Below, in pieces: positions 11,513 to 24,148 of a stretch of 64,000 nucleotides of DNA (positions are counted from its first letter, which is position 1; each line of letters starts with the position of its first letter). Source of the stretch: Emiliania huxleyi CCMP1516. Lineage: Eukaryota. The DNA is taken from assembly GCF_000372725.1 (NCBI RefSeq), contig NW_005202428.1, forward strand, positions 2,017,119 to 2,081,118, given 5' to 3'. The notes beneath the pieces were generated by a model that saw nothing but the letters and a program-made list of their open reading frames with translations, did not search any database and was not told the origin of the DNA. Made by a program: the position numbers and the translations under genes.

Positions 11513-13707
11513 TCAGCGCCCTGCCGAGATGGGGACGGCGACGGCACCGCCATTTGGCAGCAGAGGCTTGCCTACGAGCAGCAGCAGAGGAGTGGAGCAG
11601 CAAGCGATGCAGCAAACGCCGGCGGCGTCGAAGCCATTGGTCATATCTCGGCTAATCTCGGCTAGTCTCGGCTTACCGAGCCCGTCGGTCGAGTCGACAG
11701 TTCGCCGCGTGACCTGAGGTGGAGGAGGAGGAGGAGGAGGAGGAGGAGGAGGAGGAGGAGGAGGTGGTGGTGGTGGTGGTGGTGGTGGTGGTGGTGGAGG
11801 AGGAGGAGGAGGAGGAGGAGGAGGAGGAGGTGGAGGAAGAGGGTGGAGGGAGTAGCCGGGCGTGGAGTGGAGGGGCTGGGCGTGACGGAGGGGAGGGGGG
11901 GGAGGGAGGGTACGGGCCTTCCACTCGCCGACGTTGCCGCGCACCACGCGCGCCTACAGGAGGCCGCGCGAGATTGTCGCGAGATTGCCACGGCAGGGAG
12001 GGCGGCGCGCCGCACACGCGCCAGGGCTATGCTCTGCAGCGTCGCGTGCCTGCGTCAGGAGCACGCCAGGAAGTCAAGGCGGGAATACGGATCCCGGCAG
12101 CGTCTTCAGAGCGCGTCGCGTGACTACAGGGTTACGGCTACGTCCGGATGCTGACCCCCGCCGAGTACGCGTCGGCTCGAGAGCGGGGCTGGAGGAGGCG
12201 GGGTCCGCGCCGCGCATCTATGGAGTGCGTGCCAGCCGATGTAGAGCCAGCCGAGGGCGTAGAAGAGCGCGACACCGACCCACGAGAAGGGGCGGTACCG
12301 CTCGTGCCAGACGCACGAGCAGACCGAGTAGGCTGCGACGAAGGAGTAGAAGAGGAGCGTGATGTACGTGCAGTACCGCACCGGCGTCGACCACGTCCAG
12401 AGCGGGTACGCGAAGGGCGACATGAGGATCGGGTTGACAACCGCGCCGAGGAAGGCCGAGACGAGCAGCGCCCACCGGAAGTGGAACATGTAAATGAAGC
12501 CGAGCTTGCGCAGCGGCGGCAGCGGCGAGCGGAAGAGAGGCAGCCAGTACTTTGCGGTGCACTGCTCCCAGCCGATGAACCAGCGCAGCCGCTGCGACAT
12601 GAGCGCGGCCGCGCCTGCGGGCGCGAGCTCGCCCGAGCGCGCCGTCGGGCAGAAGCGGATCCGGTGGCCGTCGAGGATGATGCGCGCCTGTTGATGAGCT
12701 AACAAGTACTTAATGAACTACTACCAGCAGGATCCCCTCGACGAGGATGAGGCGCCGACAGGTCGACATCCTCGCAGTGCATGGAGCGGTGGAACCCGTA
12801 CTCGCGCAGCACCGACGCCTGCCACAGCGCGTTGGAGCCGCCGAAGTACCCCGTCCCCGCCAGCGCCTCCATCGCCGGAAAGTAGACAAAATGTGTGACA
12901 AAGAACTCGGCGTCGACCGCCCTGGCGAGAGCAGTGTGCCGGGGTGTGTGTCCGGCGAGTCTCGGCTGGCTCAAGATCGGCGCGCCTCGACGCAATCTCG
13001 GCTAATCTCGTCCCCTCTCGGCGAGGCTCACCTCGCGAGCAGCCCCTCGGTGCGCCTGATGTAGGTGGAGCCTTGCACCACGTGGCACTTGCGCAGACAG
13101 AGGTGGTGCATCATCGCCACCAGCGAGCCCGGCTCCGGCCGGTGGTCCGCGTCGTACAGCGCCACGTGCGCGTCGCCCACTCCGCCCAGGCACACGTTCA
13201 GGTTCTCCGCCTACCCTCGGGGCGCCGCGGCTCATCTCGGGTGGCCTCGTGCCAACTCCGCCGAGACACACTATGCGTCTCCGCCTTGGACTTGGAGCCG
13301 ACCGCCTCGATGACGCGGACGGAGCGGCCGCCGGCGTACGCGCGGCCCTCGAGCGCGCGCAGCGCCGCCTCCGCCTCTGGCAGCGCGTGCGGCGAGTTGT
13401 ACACCACGTACAAAGTCATGCGGCCAGGCCACTCGAGCCGGTTCACAATGTGCTCCACCGTCGCGACGATGATGTGCTGCTCGTTGGGAAGGTAGCAGGG
13501 CACGATCACCGAGACCGGCCCGCTGCAGGCCGTCGGGTCGCGCGGCGGCAGCTCGCGCAGAGCCCGCCGCAGGATGAGGTAGATCGAGGCAAAGGCTGTG
13601 AGGCAGTTGCAGACGTTGGCGCAAAAGAGGACGACAAAGTAGATGGCCTCCACCACGTCCGGCGGCGCACAGAACAGGTTCGAGCAGGGATAGAGCCCTC
13701 CCAACAT
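11513..13707 (-). CDS. Processive glycosyltransferase family 2 (cellulose-synthase-like membrane GT), multi-exon
   Basis: N-terminal TM, SVIVPCYLPNE, KAENLN, YDADH (DxD), GYFGGSNALW, CEDVD, QRLRW (QxxRW), C-terminal TMs and GEWKVTRR. Confidence 0.9.
11718..11845 (+). repeat. (GAG)n(GTG)n(GAG)n trinucleotide microsatellite in a GT2 intron
   Basis: Read directly from the sequence. Confidence 0.95.
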
Positions 13708-13862
13708 GGCGCGCGAGCGCGCGAGATTTTTCTTTATCGATCAACACTTTCGATAGACCGAAAGTAAGATCGTTCGGTGCAGAAACCCCGGCCATGCCCA
13801 TGTAACGCAATTGTGCTCGATTTTTTGGTCGAGAAGTGTCTCCAAGTCTTCTGGACCCATCG

Positions 13863-14653
13863 ATGGCCGTCGCCTCGACGCCGCTCGTCGCGGCACCATC
13901 GTGCCCGGCCTGGGCGAAGCATCGTCGCGGGCGCCAGCCGCAGTTCGACGGCAAGCCGTGCGAGCCTGCCGAGGAGGAGGACATGTGGCTGTGCCTGGCC
14001 GACGGCCGCGCGCGCAGCACCGCCGACCTGAAGCGCCTGGCGACAGCCGCTCGGGTGCGAGCGAAACGAGCAAGAGATGCAGCCGCCGCGAACACGCGCG
14101 ATCGGCAGGCGCGCGACCAGCGCCGCCGGCAGCGTGAGCAGCACGACCGGCGCGCAGCGCCGGCGGTCGCCAAGACCGTGCGCCCACAACGCGGCCAGTG
14201 CGGCTGCCCGGCGCACGCGGTGTGCGGCATGTGCGTCGACCAGGGCAAGCTCGCCGCGGCCGAGCAGGCGGCCATCGACCTGGAGACGCGCTTCCACGCC
14301 TCGACGAACGTCGTCATGGACCTGGAGCGGCCCGAGGACGAGACGGCGGCGCTGCTGCAGCGCTGCGTGCGAAGCACAACCCCGTGCTCGCCATCTGGGA
14401 GGCGGGCTACGCCGACGGGGAGGGCGTCTGGGATGCCGCGCGCGCGGCGTACTTTGCGGGCGAGCTTGCCAAGCGAAGCGCAAAGGACGGACGCAAACGG
14501 CGCCGTGGCGCCGGCGCCGCGAGCGCAAGAAAGAAGCAGGCCGCACCCACAGCCCGGTCGCCCGCCGACGCGAGTGACGGAGAGGGTGACGAGCAGATGC
14601 GCGACGCATCAGACGCGCAGGATGACGGTGCAAGCATGTCCGAGGGTGAGTAA
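13863..14653 (+). CDS. Hypothetical protein divergent from GT2, with a CxCxxHxxCxxC motif; probable frameshift near 14360
   Basis: Coding-like ORF (..CGCPAHAVCGMCVD..DETAALLQ) continues in another frame (LRAKHNPVLAIWEAGY..KRRR..SEGE*). Confidence 0.45.
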
Positions 14654-15308
14654 AAGTGTGAAAGAAGAGTGGTGAAATTTAGAAAAGGAGTTGCGGTGTT
14701 GATCGCCGCGGGAGCCCTCTTATTTACCTATTTCATCTATCGAGCGCAATAAACCCACAATCATCTCTATAACAGTGGCCAGGGGCGGGGCTTGCCTTTT
14801 TGCCCTCGTCAGTCGCCGCATACGGCATAGACACATCCCCACCACAGTACGTACGTGGTAGGAGCGAGTCAGCCACACACACTGAGAACAAACACCTAAA
14901 TTGCCGCCGGGCCCTCTCAACTGGCAGAGCCGCGGCACCCAGCAGCACACGCGCCTCGTTCCACAACGCGGCACGCCTCGCTCCGCAACGCGGCGTGCCA
15001 AAGCGCCGTGCACGTGCACGTGCACACGTTGGTCTGTCATCCGAGATTGCAACCTCATGAGGTGTTCGCAGTTCGGGGCAGTGGCAGGCGCGTTTCATCC
15101 GTTTAAAGCCTGCGTTGTTTTTGTTTTCTTTCTTACGTGGTGTACCTGCCTTCTTAGCGAGTGCAAAATTCTTTCTCTAGTGCTAGTGCCAGTGCGCGCC
15201 AGTCCCACGACGTGGGAGCTTCGTTGTAAAATAGAAAATTCTTTACACAAGTGCGTTTCATCCATCCACGCCGCCGTTTTCCCCTCCGTGCGATATACAC
15301 ACACACAT

Positions 15309-16767
15309 ATGCCCCCACGCGCGTCCGACAATTCCGACCAGAGGAGCTTCCGAGCCAGCTCTCGCAGAGCAAAGCCAACTCGGCAGAGCCCGGTCGGCGA
15401 CCGGCCAGCCGCTCCGCCGCCCATCCAGTCGGGATGGGCTGAAGACCTCAAGGCAGTGAGACCGCCGATGCCTCCTCTCCTCCTCCCTCTCCTTCTCAGC
15501 CTCCCAGCACCTGGCAGCCCCTCCCTCACCACTGATACCCCTGCCGGACGAAGGTGGCGGCGGTTCAGCCAGCGGCGGCGGCGCCGAGCACGAGCAGGCA
15601 GCTCATGCCGGCAAAGGCGGCAGACAAGGAGAATGTGGACCTCCGCTCGAGCGGCGCCAAGATCGAAGATTCCGATCCCGACATCTTCCCGACAGTATAT
15701 ATAATTTCTTCCGACGCGAGGCTCGAGCGTGTGCCAAGGAGCGTGCGCCAGATCTGCATTGCGCCTGTCATCCCGGATGAGGAGGCCGTGAACGGCCTGT
15801 CCTCGTGAGCCTCTGTCGGGGAAGGGCGGCCGACAGCTTCCACAAGCACACGAGCACTGCCGGTGGCACATTTAGGTACGGCAAGTACCTCCTGACCAAG
15901 GGCGCGCGCCAGAACCACTTTGAGTATTGCTATGGCGGCGCCCTTGGCTGTCTGCTCGCGCACCGCAACGCGTGGGAGCAGGTGGTGCGGCGGCCAGAGG
16001 CCTATGGGGTCGTGCTTGAGAACAACGCAGTCGTGGAGGACCTCGGCATCCTGCAAGCCTTGCATCGGAGCTGCCTCACGCACGGCACACCGCCAGTTCC
16101 TCGAGGCATAAGCCTCGCGGCTTCATATGTGATGCGTGACACACGGTCTTGCAGGTATCGACTACCTCGCGGTCCATAACTGGTTTGTCGTGTGCGCACC
16201 CAAGGACCACCCGCAAAGGCACCTGCAAGTGCCCGACTGAAGATGCTGAGAGCACTTGCGCAAAACGCCGCATCTAGCTCTGCACTTGTACTTGTAGGCG
16301 TGGATTGCGCCGTGGATCGTCCGGATGCGGGACCCTGTCGCGTCAACTAAGTGCTACCTGATCAGCCGGCGGTTTGCCGAGCACATGCTCAATTTTGTCG
16401 ACCGGATGCTCCGCTTGCAGCAGCTCCCACCCACCCACGTCGATTTTCTCCTCTGCTTTGAGTGTATGCACGGTGTGCGACACATCTCTGAGCCACCTCC
16501 GTCTGCCTCGCCTGCCTCGCAACGCTCTTCCGTTGTCTGTCTACTCCCGCCCTGCTCGAGTTGACGCCTCTGAACACCTCCGCCACTCGCCCAGGCACCA
16601 CTGGGTTTACCGGCGGCGTCTATGCCAAGAACGACGTGATCCGGATCACGCGCAGCTCTCAGTGCACGACTCCTAGGATAGCGCACTCCCAGTATGCGCA
16701 GTTCGCCAAGCGCAACTTCACGCGGCTGCTGCCCAAGAAGGTCGACATCTCATGGGGTCGAATGTGA
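15309..16767 (+). CDS. Glycosyltransferase family 25-like protein, multi-exon
   Basis: TVYIIS; GALGCLLAHRNAWEQVV..YGVVLENNA resembles the GT25 motif GxxGCxxSHxxxW..LILEDD; STKCYLISRRFAEHML and HVDFLL also fit. Exon structure is uncertain. Confidence 0.7.
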
Positions 16768-17037
16768 CCAGCACATGCACCTGCTGTCGCCTGCCGAGAG
16801 GTTCGAACCTGAGGTGGGTGCTGGTGATGCCGCTCCGGCTCCGCGCTCTCCGTGTGCGGAGCGACATGCACATGCACATGCAAACAGTGAACTCAAAATT
16901 CAGGTGAAAACGACAGCTCGGTGTCGCAGTAGCGTAGCTGGCACGAACCCTATTTTGATGTGTGCGTATAGAGATGATGCACTCGTAGTCGGTACACAGT
17001 AGAGTTTTTTGTGTGCGCTACACAGTATGTCGCGGGA

Positions 17038-17160
17038 GGTAAGGTAAGGTAAACTTCTCCACACACACGAGGTGGTGGGGCAAGGGGGGCAACCCTCGCG
17101 TCTCCACGTCTAACGACAGGAGCCCCACGGCATTTAAAGTGCAAGGCCCGGTGCGCGTGG
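17038..17160 (-). mobile_element. Repeat family C copy
   Basis: Reverse-complement match to 10843-10982. Confidence 0.8.
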
Positions 17161-17765
17161 GTGTCGCGGGACGCGGCGTGACGCGTTAATAGGGTAAGCC
17201 CGGCGTAAGATAGCCGTAGCACAGGGGTGTACGAGAGTGTACATATATACTCTAGTCTGTCTACTCTCTCTAGACTCTCTGTGGTTCCCACGGTGTACGG
17301 CTCTTTACGAATCCGGATTCCGGTACGAACACTACTCTACGAAAACGTCTCCCGCGCTATAGATACTTTACTGTGACCTGGGTGTGTATGCAAACTTAAA
17401 TAAAGCCGTGTAAGCTAGTAAGCATACGGGGGCCCCTTTGTACAGTCTCCCTCGCCACGCTCCAGACACCCCACTCTCGGCTCCCGCGAGCCTTTCTCCG
17501 CTTTCGATTTTTCGTATTCAAATTCATGTGTGTGAGTGGATTCAATGTTGTAAATCTGCTATTGTGCTATGACCTATATGTGCTGCATGTGCATGTACAA
17601 CATACAACATGTGCATGTGCATGTGCATGCACTTTACACGTGCTCGTAGCCCCCGGCCGCCCAGCCTCGCCCCCCCCCCCGCCCCCCCCCCCCCCCCATA
17701 CTGTAAAGGCTAAAGCCATAAACGCCGGTTCAATTGACGAACCCCCTTCTCGTTGCAGCTCGCGC

Positions 17766-20007
17766 TCATCCAAACGGGTTACACGGCGCGGCCTTCTGCG
17801 TGCACGCCACCGCATCCGGCGAGGGCGCACCCTTCGCGCCCGTGAAGTCCACTGTGTCGAAGCCGGTGACAAAGCCCCAGACGGTGCCGGTGACGTCGGC
17901 GTCCTTGAAGCTCGCGCCAGTGACGTCCGCCTCGAAGAGGATGGCGCCTGATCTCCCTCACACTAGAGGCGTGAGGGACAGAGGAGGAGGAGGAGGAGAA
18001 GAGAGAGAGCAGAGGGAGGGGATAGGGAGGGAGGGAGAGGAGAGAGGGAGGGGGGGAGGGAGTGGGAGAGGGAGAGAGAGAGAGGGAGGGAGGGAGAGGG
18101 AGAGGGAGAGAGAGAGAGAGAGAGGGAGGGAGAGGGAGAGGGAGAGGGAGAGGGAGAGGGAGAGAGAGAGGGAGAGAGAGAGAGAGAAGGGGAGAGAGCG
18201 CAGGGAGGAGAGGATGCAGCGGGAGGAGACAACGCGCGCGGCCTTCAAAGCTCGCAGAGGTGAACCTGGCCCCGCGCAAGTCCGCGCCGGTCATGTCTGC
18301 GTTGCGGAAGGACGCCTGTGGGAGAGACGGCAAAGGGGCAGTCTCTGGCGCGGCGTCGGGAGGGTGATGGCCCAGCGCGGGTCACGACGCCTTTTCTCCG
18401 TCGACGTTTTGCAAGCTCGCCTGCAGTGGCCGAGTGGGTGAGGACAGCGCATCAGACACCTCGCGAGCTGTTGCCACGTGGGGGTGTGAGGTGGGCCGTA
18501 GTGAGGTGGGAGGATGGGCTGGGGGAGGGAGAGCGTAGGGCCTTTGTGAGGACGGCCCCGTCGAGATGGGCGTCCGCCAGCTTGGCGTTCGTGAGCGTCA
18601 CCCCTTCCATCGACGCATCGCGGAAGTTGGCGCCTAACCTCGGGTGCACCTCGCACCTCGGGATAGCGCCGCGCCGGGGCGTCGGGCACGACGTGCCGGG
18701 GACATGACGTGTGTCGGGTGCACATGACGGGGACATGACGGGGACATGACGGGGACATGACGGGGGCGTGACGGCGTGTGTCTGTTGGGGGTGCGTCGCG
18801 CGGATGCGCAGAGAGGGATGCGCGCCGATGCACATCGAGTCGCTCATGTCTGCGAAGTCAAACTTGGACTTTTGCGCTTCTGTCCGCTCGAACATCGCGC
18901 CGCGCAGGTTCGACTCGCGGGCCTGGCGCGGAGTGCGCAGTGTCAGGCCAGGAACACTTCTCGACACGCACGAGTGGTGGGGCCAGACCCCGGAGGCCCT
19001 GGCGAGGACCGCGTGTGCGTCGCGTGCGAGACGGACCGCTGCGTCGGCTGCACTCGGGCATCTGTGCCGCATCTGTGCCGCATCTGTGCCGCATCTGTGC
19101 CGCATCTGTGCCGCATCTGTGCCGCATCTGTGCCGCATCTGTGCCGCATCTGTGCCGCATCTGTGCCGCATCTCGGCTGCATCTCGGCCACATCTCGGCC
19201 TTGCTTCTCACTCTCCTGGAAGCCAAGGAGCGTCGCGAAGGAAAAGGTGGCGCCGACGCCGCTCGCCTTGCTGAAATCCGTCCCGCTCATCTTCAGGCCT
19301 TGGAAATCGCAGCCCTGAGGGAACAGGCAACAAAGTCATGGGCAATGGGCCTGCCTGCTTGCCTATGTGTGTGTGTGCGTGTGTGTGCGTGTGTGTGCGT
19401 GTGTGTGCGTGTGTGCGTGCGTGCGTGCGCTACAGGCACTATACGACTACAGAGGCGAGCACACATTGTAGTCGCCCGCCTGCATGTTGAAGGTCGCCAT
19501 GCACCGCGCAACGGGCGTGTGTGACCCCATAGCTCCGGAGCCCAGCCGACCTGGCGGCCGTCGGAGAGGGTGGCTCAGAGGGTCAGTGTATGTAGCTTTG
19601 AGCAGAGAGGCTCGCTCGCCGTTGAATGCGTAGCGCGAAAGCTGCGACGCCTTTATGGAGCAGGTCGCTTCGCTAATTCCGGATTGCTTTGGCGTGGCGC
19701 CAGCGGGCGGCGCGATGAGCAGCTTGCAGCGCGGGTACGAGTTGTACGTGCTGAAGTCGACGGCCCAACACTTCCGGTCTTTCTCGCAAATCTCCTGGCA
19801 CTTTGGGAGCGTCTCAGCCCCCCACGTGACGCGCGAGTGTGTACCGGCGGCAAGTATGCAGTCGCCGGGACTGGACAGCCAGATCACGCCCTGGGTCGGT
19901 GCGCCATCCTTGGCGGACTGCGCTCTGGCCAGATGGACCAGTGCTGTGCATACAGCGACCGCCAGAGACCCGCCAAAGGCAGAGGCCGAGAAAAACCTGC
20001 ATGGCAT
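17766..20007 (-). CDS. Secreted PAN/Apple-like domain plus pentapeptide-repeat protein, multi-exon
   Basis: Signal-like N-terminus (..LAVAVCTALVHLARA/QS) and CQEICEKDRKCWAVDF..CKL (PAN-like). Later exons encode A(D/N)LxxA-type repeats: DFQGLKMSGTDFSKA, NLRGAMFER, ANFRDASMEGVTLTNAKLADAHLDGAVLTKA, ASFRNADMTGADLRGA, ADVTGASFKDADVTG. Joining both parts into one gene is inferred. Confidence 0.75.
19058..19200 (+). repeat. 11-bp intronic tandem repeat (GCATCTGTGCC) x~10, grading into GCATCTCGGCT
   Basis: Read directly from the sequence. Confidence 0.95.
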
Positions 20008-21468
20008 CGGCTGCAGCAACCACAGTGCGAAGGACACAGGTAGTGCCCTCTTTAGAGTGTTGCGGCCAGGAGTTTTTCTTTTAATCGATGGTTCATGAGG
20101 CGCAAGAAAAGGTGGCTAAGGGCTCTGCCCGCAAGGCGCCCGGTCGCCGACGCGGTACCATTGACTAATCCCGGAATACACACCCACACGACCAAATAAT
20201 GCAGAGGCGGTTAGTGGTGCACTAACCCCAAGAAACCCTTCGGGTCACTCCTCATCGCAAACCCTGTCAGCAGTCCTCCTCCGGGAATGTACGTAAGAGC
20301 CACATACATTGAATAAATAGCTGAGACGAAGTACGTCGGGGCAAGTTTGGCTAACTCCATAACATGGGCGATCCGAGGCGATCCGGCGCTTCCTTCGATT
20401 GGACGGACGAAATGGATGTGGAAAAGCGGGACCGCATCGCGACATCGGGGTTCAGTATATGCTACCAGGTCACAGTATGGGTTCGGGGACTGTTCACAGC
20501 CAGTGCGGGGGTAGGGGACCCCGGGGAGTACCAGTATGGATTTCTTTTTCGGTCGGCGGCGGCCTTCAGCTCAGTGAGCAGGATCTCGATCGGCAGCTCT
20601 GGGGCCCGCGCGGCTGGGCCGGAGTACCAGACGGTTAGCTGCGGCCGCGCCTGGGCGTGGCTGGCGTACGAGCCTGGCTGCTCGGCCTGCCATGCGCGCG
20701 CGCGGGGGGTCGGCCATGGGCTTAGGTGTGCAGGGGGGGTACCGAGCAGTGTGCGGCCGCTCTGGCCAGCGCCATCAGCCTCACGGCCCGGCCCAACCTT
20801 CCCCCTTCCCCACCCTCGCCTCCAGTGCCTCCAATCAAGTCGCACCTCTCTTCTTCAGCGAATGCAGCGGCAGCACCACGTCAGAGGCCGGGCCGACTGG
20901 CGGACCTGCATGCCCAGCCATGCCCCCCACTCCCCACCCGCTTGGATCGATCAGCTGACAGCTCCACCAGCTCCCACCACCGCGTGTCGTGTCATGAAGC
21001 ATGATAGATAGACATAGAAAGCATGAACCATCGAAAGGTCTGATCTCCAAAAGGAGCTCTCGGCGCGCTGCGCGCGCCCGCGCGCGCGCGCCCCGCCCCT
21101 TTTGCGCAGCAACACCTTAAAATTCATGGCCCTCAAAAATCGGGTCGGAGCGTAGCGGAGTGGGCCCCGAGTTTGAAAAGGGCGACGGACGCTTGCGTCC
21201 TAGCCTCCAACGCCCCACGCCACGCCGCTTGCGGCGGTCCGATTCCCGGAAGCCCGCCAATTTTTATTTTTTTTGAGAGCGCCTTCGTTGTTAATAGTAC
21301 AAACCCAATGGTCCTCTGCGAGCGGTCCTTCGTTGCAGACGCACACACGCACACGCCGCGCCGCACCGCGCGCCCGCCCACCGCCCCGCCCAGGCGGGAA
21401 AGAGGTGGGGAGATGGGACATTTTTATTTTCTGAACAGCGGAGCCGCTCGCGCTGCTGCCCCACAAAC

Positions 21469-23722
21469 ATGCGCTTCTCCTCGCTCGACGTCTACCCAAA
21501 GACGCTCAAGGAGTTCCGTCAGCGTACGACCTCGGGCGCCATCGTCTCACTCTCGTGCGCCACCCTCATCGCGCTGCTCACCTGCGTCGAGGTCGCCGAC
21601 TTTTTGCGCGGCACGAGCGACGACCACCTCTTCGTCGACACGTCGCGGGGCTCGACGCTGCGGATCAACCTCAACATCTCATTCCCAGCGCTTCCCTGCT
21701 CCACCATCACCCTCGACACCCTCGACATCTCGGGCAACCACGCGCCCGACCTGATGCGGCACATCTCAAAGACGCGGCTCGACAAGGCTGGGCGGTCGCT
21801 GGAGGATGGGCCGCGCGCGGGCGACGGCCGGCCTGGCCGCGCGCTGCTCTCCGGCGCGGGCGGCGGCGCGCAGCGGGGCCTTGGCCCCGCGCTGCTGCAG
21901 CTGAACCGCAACGACCTGATGCTCTCGGCGCTGATGCAGCTGCTGCAGCCGCACGTGCTGGAGGATAAGGCACGCGCGCACAGCCGCCGGAAGAGGGCTC
22001 GGGAAGCCTTGGCCACATGGACTCGTCCTGGCTAGGCGGCGATCGACGAGCTGCGCGCGCACGTGGGGGAGGGGTGCCACATCGAGGGCCACATGGTGAT
22101 GAGCCGTGCCGCGGGACACTCTCGCTCCACGGTGGTCGCACCGCCACTCCTGTGGTCATCTAGGTGGTGAACCGGGTGGCGGGCAACTTTCACTTTGCCC
22201 TCACGCACGAGGCGCACGCGTCGGGTCCGCAGCTCTCGCCGGGAACGGCGTCTCTTCACACCTGCAGCCGTTCACAGGAGCACGCGACGCTGATGGCCGT
22301 CTTCGGGTCGCGCGACAAGCTCAACGTCTCCCACTCTGTGCACTCGGTGCGTCGGCTAGACACTTCCTAGACACTTCCTAGACACTTCCTAGACACTTCC
22401 CACTCTGTGCACTCGGTGCGTCGGCTCGCAGCACTTCCCTCTCCGCCTCCGCCTCTCGTCACGCCTGCTCCTGTCATGAACAGGTCTCGTTTGGAGAGCC
22501 CTTCCCGGGGATGGCCAGCCAGATAGATGGAAGGGAGAGACACTGCCAGCAGGACGGGCGACACCGGCGCTTCTCAAGAGGCGCCCCAGAGGCGCTGTCA
22601 GAGGTGCTGTCAGAGGTGCTGGTGGCGGGGAGACAGCGCAGCGAGGCACAGCCACACAGGCACGACAGGACAGCGGGGCGGTGTCGCACCTTAGGCCAGC
22701 CCGCGACGGCAGCGAGAGTCGATCATGAGTCTGAAGGGACCCCCTTCTGCTAGGTCAACCCGCTGGACGGCAGCGAGAAGCGGCTCGGCGACGGGTCGGG
22801 CTTCTTCCAGTACTACCTCAAGATCGTGCCAACGGTCCGCGGCCGTAGATGCGGGCTGCAGACCCTCGTGATCCGACTGGCACTCTAGAGGACACGCATT
22901 CCCCGCTGTACTCTGAGCCGCATTCGGCTGTACTCGTGGCCCTCGCCTGCACGCGATGCTCGGAGGGCTCTGCACGAAGTCTCTACCCCCGCCCTGACCT
23001 CTGGCGCGGGCTCACACTCGCAGGTCTACGAGCCGCTGCGCGGGCCCGTGCTCCGGACGAACCAGTACTCGTACACGGAGCTGCGCCCCTAGATGCAGAG
23101 CACCGGCGCGTGACGCATTCGGCTGTGTCCGGCTGCATTGAGATGTAGTGCCACCACGCAAGCCTTCCGCTGTATTCGCAGCCCGTGTGTGCTCCGAGTC
23201 GGCTGCGCGATGCTTGTGTCCAAGCCCTCGCCCTGGTCCTCACCCTGGTGCCCTCGCAACCGTAGGAGCTCTTCCGCACGACGGAGGAGGTGGGCAAGGC
23301 GCTGCTTCCGCGACGAGCCCTGTGAACAGCGTCTCTCCACGCCCCCGGCCGTGGACAGGTGGACAAGATGCCCGCCGTCTACTTCCACTACGAGATCTCG
23401 CCCATCATGGCGCGCTTCGCCGAGGGGCGCCGCTCCCTCTCCTCCTTCCTAACCGGCCTCTGCGCCATCATCGGCGCGCCAGCCGAGATCTACCGAGATC
23501 GGTCCGAGATAGACACCAACCTCTGCGCCATCACCGTCGCACGCGCAGCCACCAACTTACTGGCGCCCCACGATCCGCCACCCAGCGAAAATCCCGCGCG
23601 TCTCGTCTGGTCGGCCTCCCGCCGCGACCCCGGCTGTGCACCCCGCAGGCGGCGTCTTCACCGTCGCCGGCATGGTGGACTCGTGCATCCACCGCGTCTC
23701 CCGAGCGACAAAGGTGCGCTAA
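21469..23722 (+). CDS. ERGIC3: ER-Golgi intermediate compartment protein (ERGIC3/Erv46 family), about 10 exons
   Basis: LDVYPK..RTTSGAIVS, LFVDTSRG, INLNISFPALPC, EGCHIEG, VNRVAGNFHF, NVSH, FGEPFPG, NPLDG, FQYYLKIVPT, TNQYS, PAVYFHYEISPI, FLTGLCAIIGGVFTVAG. Confidence 0.92.
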
Positions 23723-23802
23723 CACGAGTTGTCTGCCCGTTCCGGCAGAATCCGGGCGCTGCGGACCTTGACGATCTGATGCGTGTGTGTACACCTACTC
23801 GA

Positions 23803-23975
23803 AAAGAAAGAAAACAGACGGACCGGATGGGAGGACGGTACGCCGCCACCACACAGCTCGCACAGGGATTTTAAGTCACCTAAGAAAGAAAGAAAGAAAG
23901 AAAACAGCGGCAAAACCAAAAGGGAGGGGATGGGAGGCGACGGCACGCCGCCACCACACAGGGTCAGGGATTTCA
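23803..23975 (-). repeat. Repeat family B, two copies
   Basis: Matches 5055-5270. Confidence 0.8.
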
Positions 23976-24059
23976 CCAAGAATAGTAAGAATGCTCACCC
24001 ATTGAGGAAGTGAGGAACTCTGCTCGGCCCACCCTGATCCTGCTGAACAAGCTCCTCTT

Positions 24060-24148
24060 GTAGCTTGAGCACTTGAGCACTGGATAGGGTCGATTCCGCA
24101 TGGTACGGGACCCCTCGCGATCGTCTCGCCCTCCCTCACTGGTGTGTT
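24060..24148 (-). mobile_element. Dispersed repeat family D (putative retroposon 3' end, CAAGTGCT-type tail)
   Basis: Near-identical to 36471-36557. Confidence 0.75.

Noticed and set aside
16790..16830. GGTTCGAA and GTTCAAG B-box-like motifs (also 57146) as tRNA or SINE heads
   Set aside because: No cloverleaf or A-box could be built.
20100..21000. ORFs of 127-215 aa between the pentapeptide and ERGIC3 genes
   Set aside because: No recognisable motifs, atypical codon usage and overlap with repeat D-related sequence; likely decayed TE.
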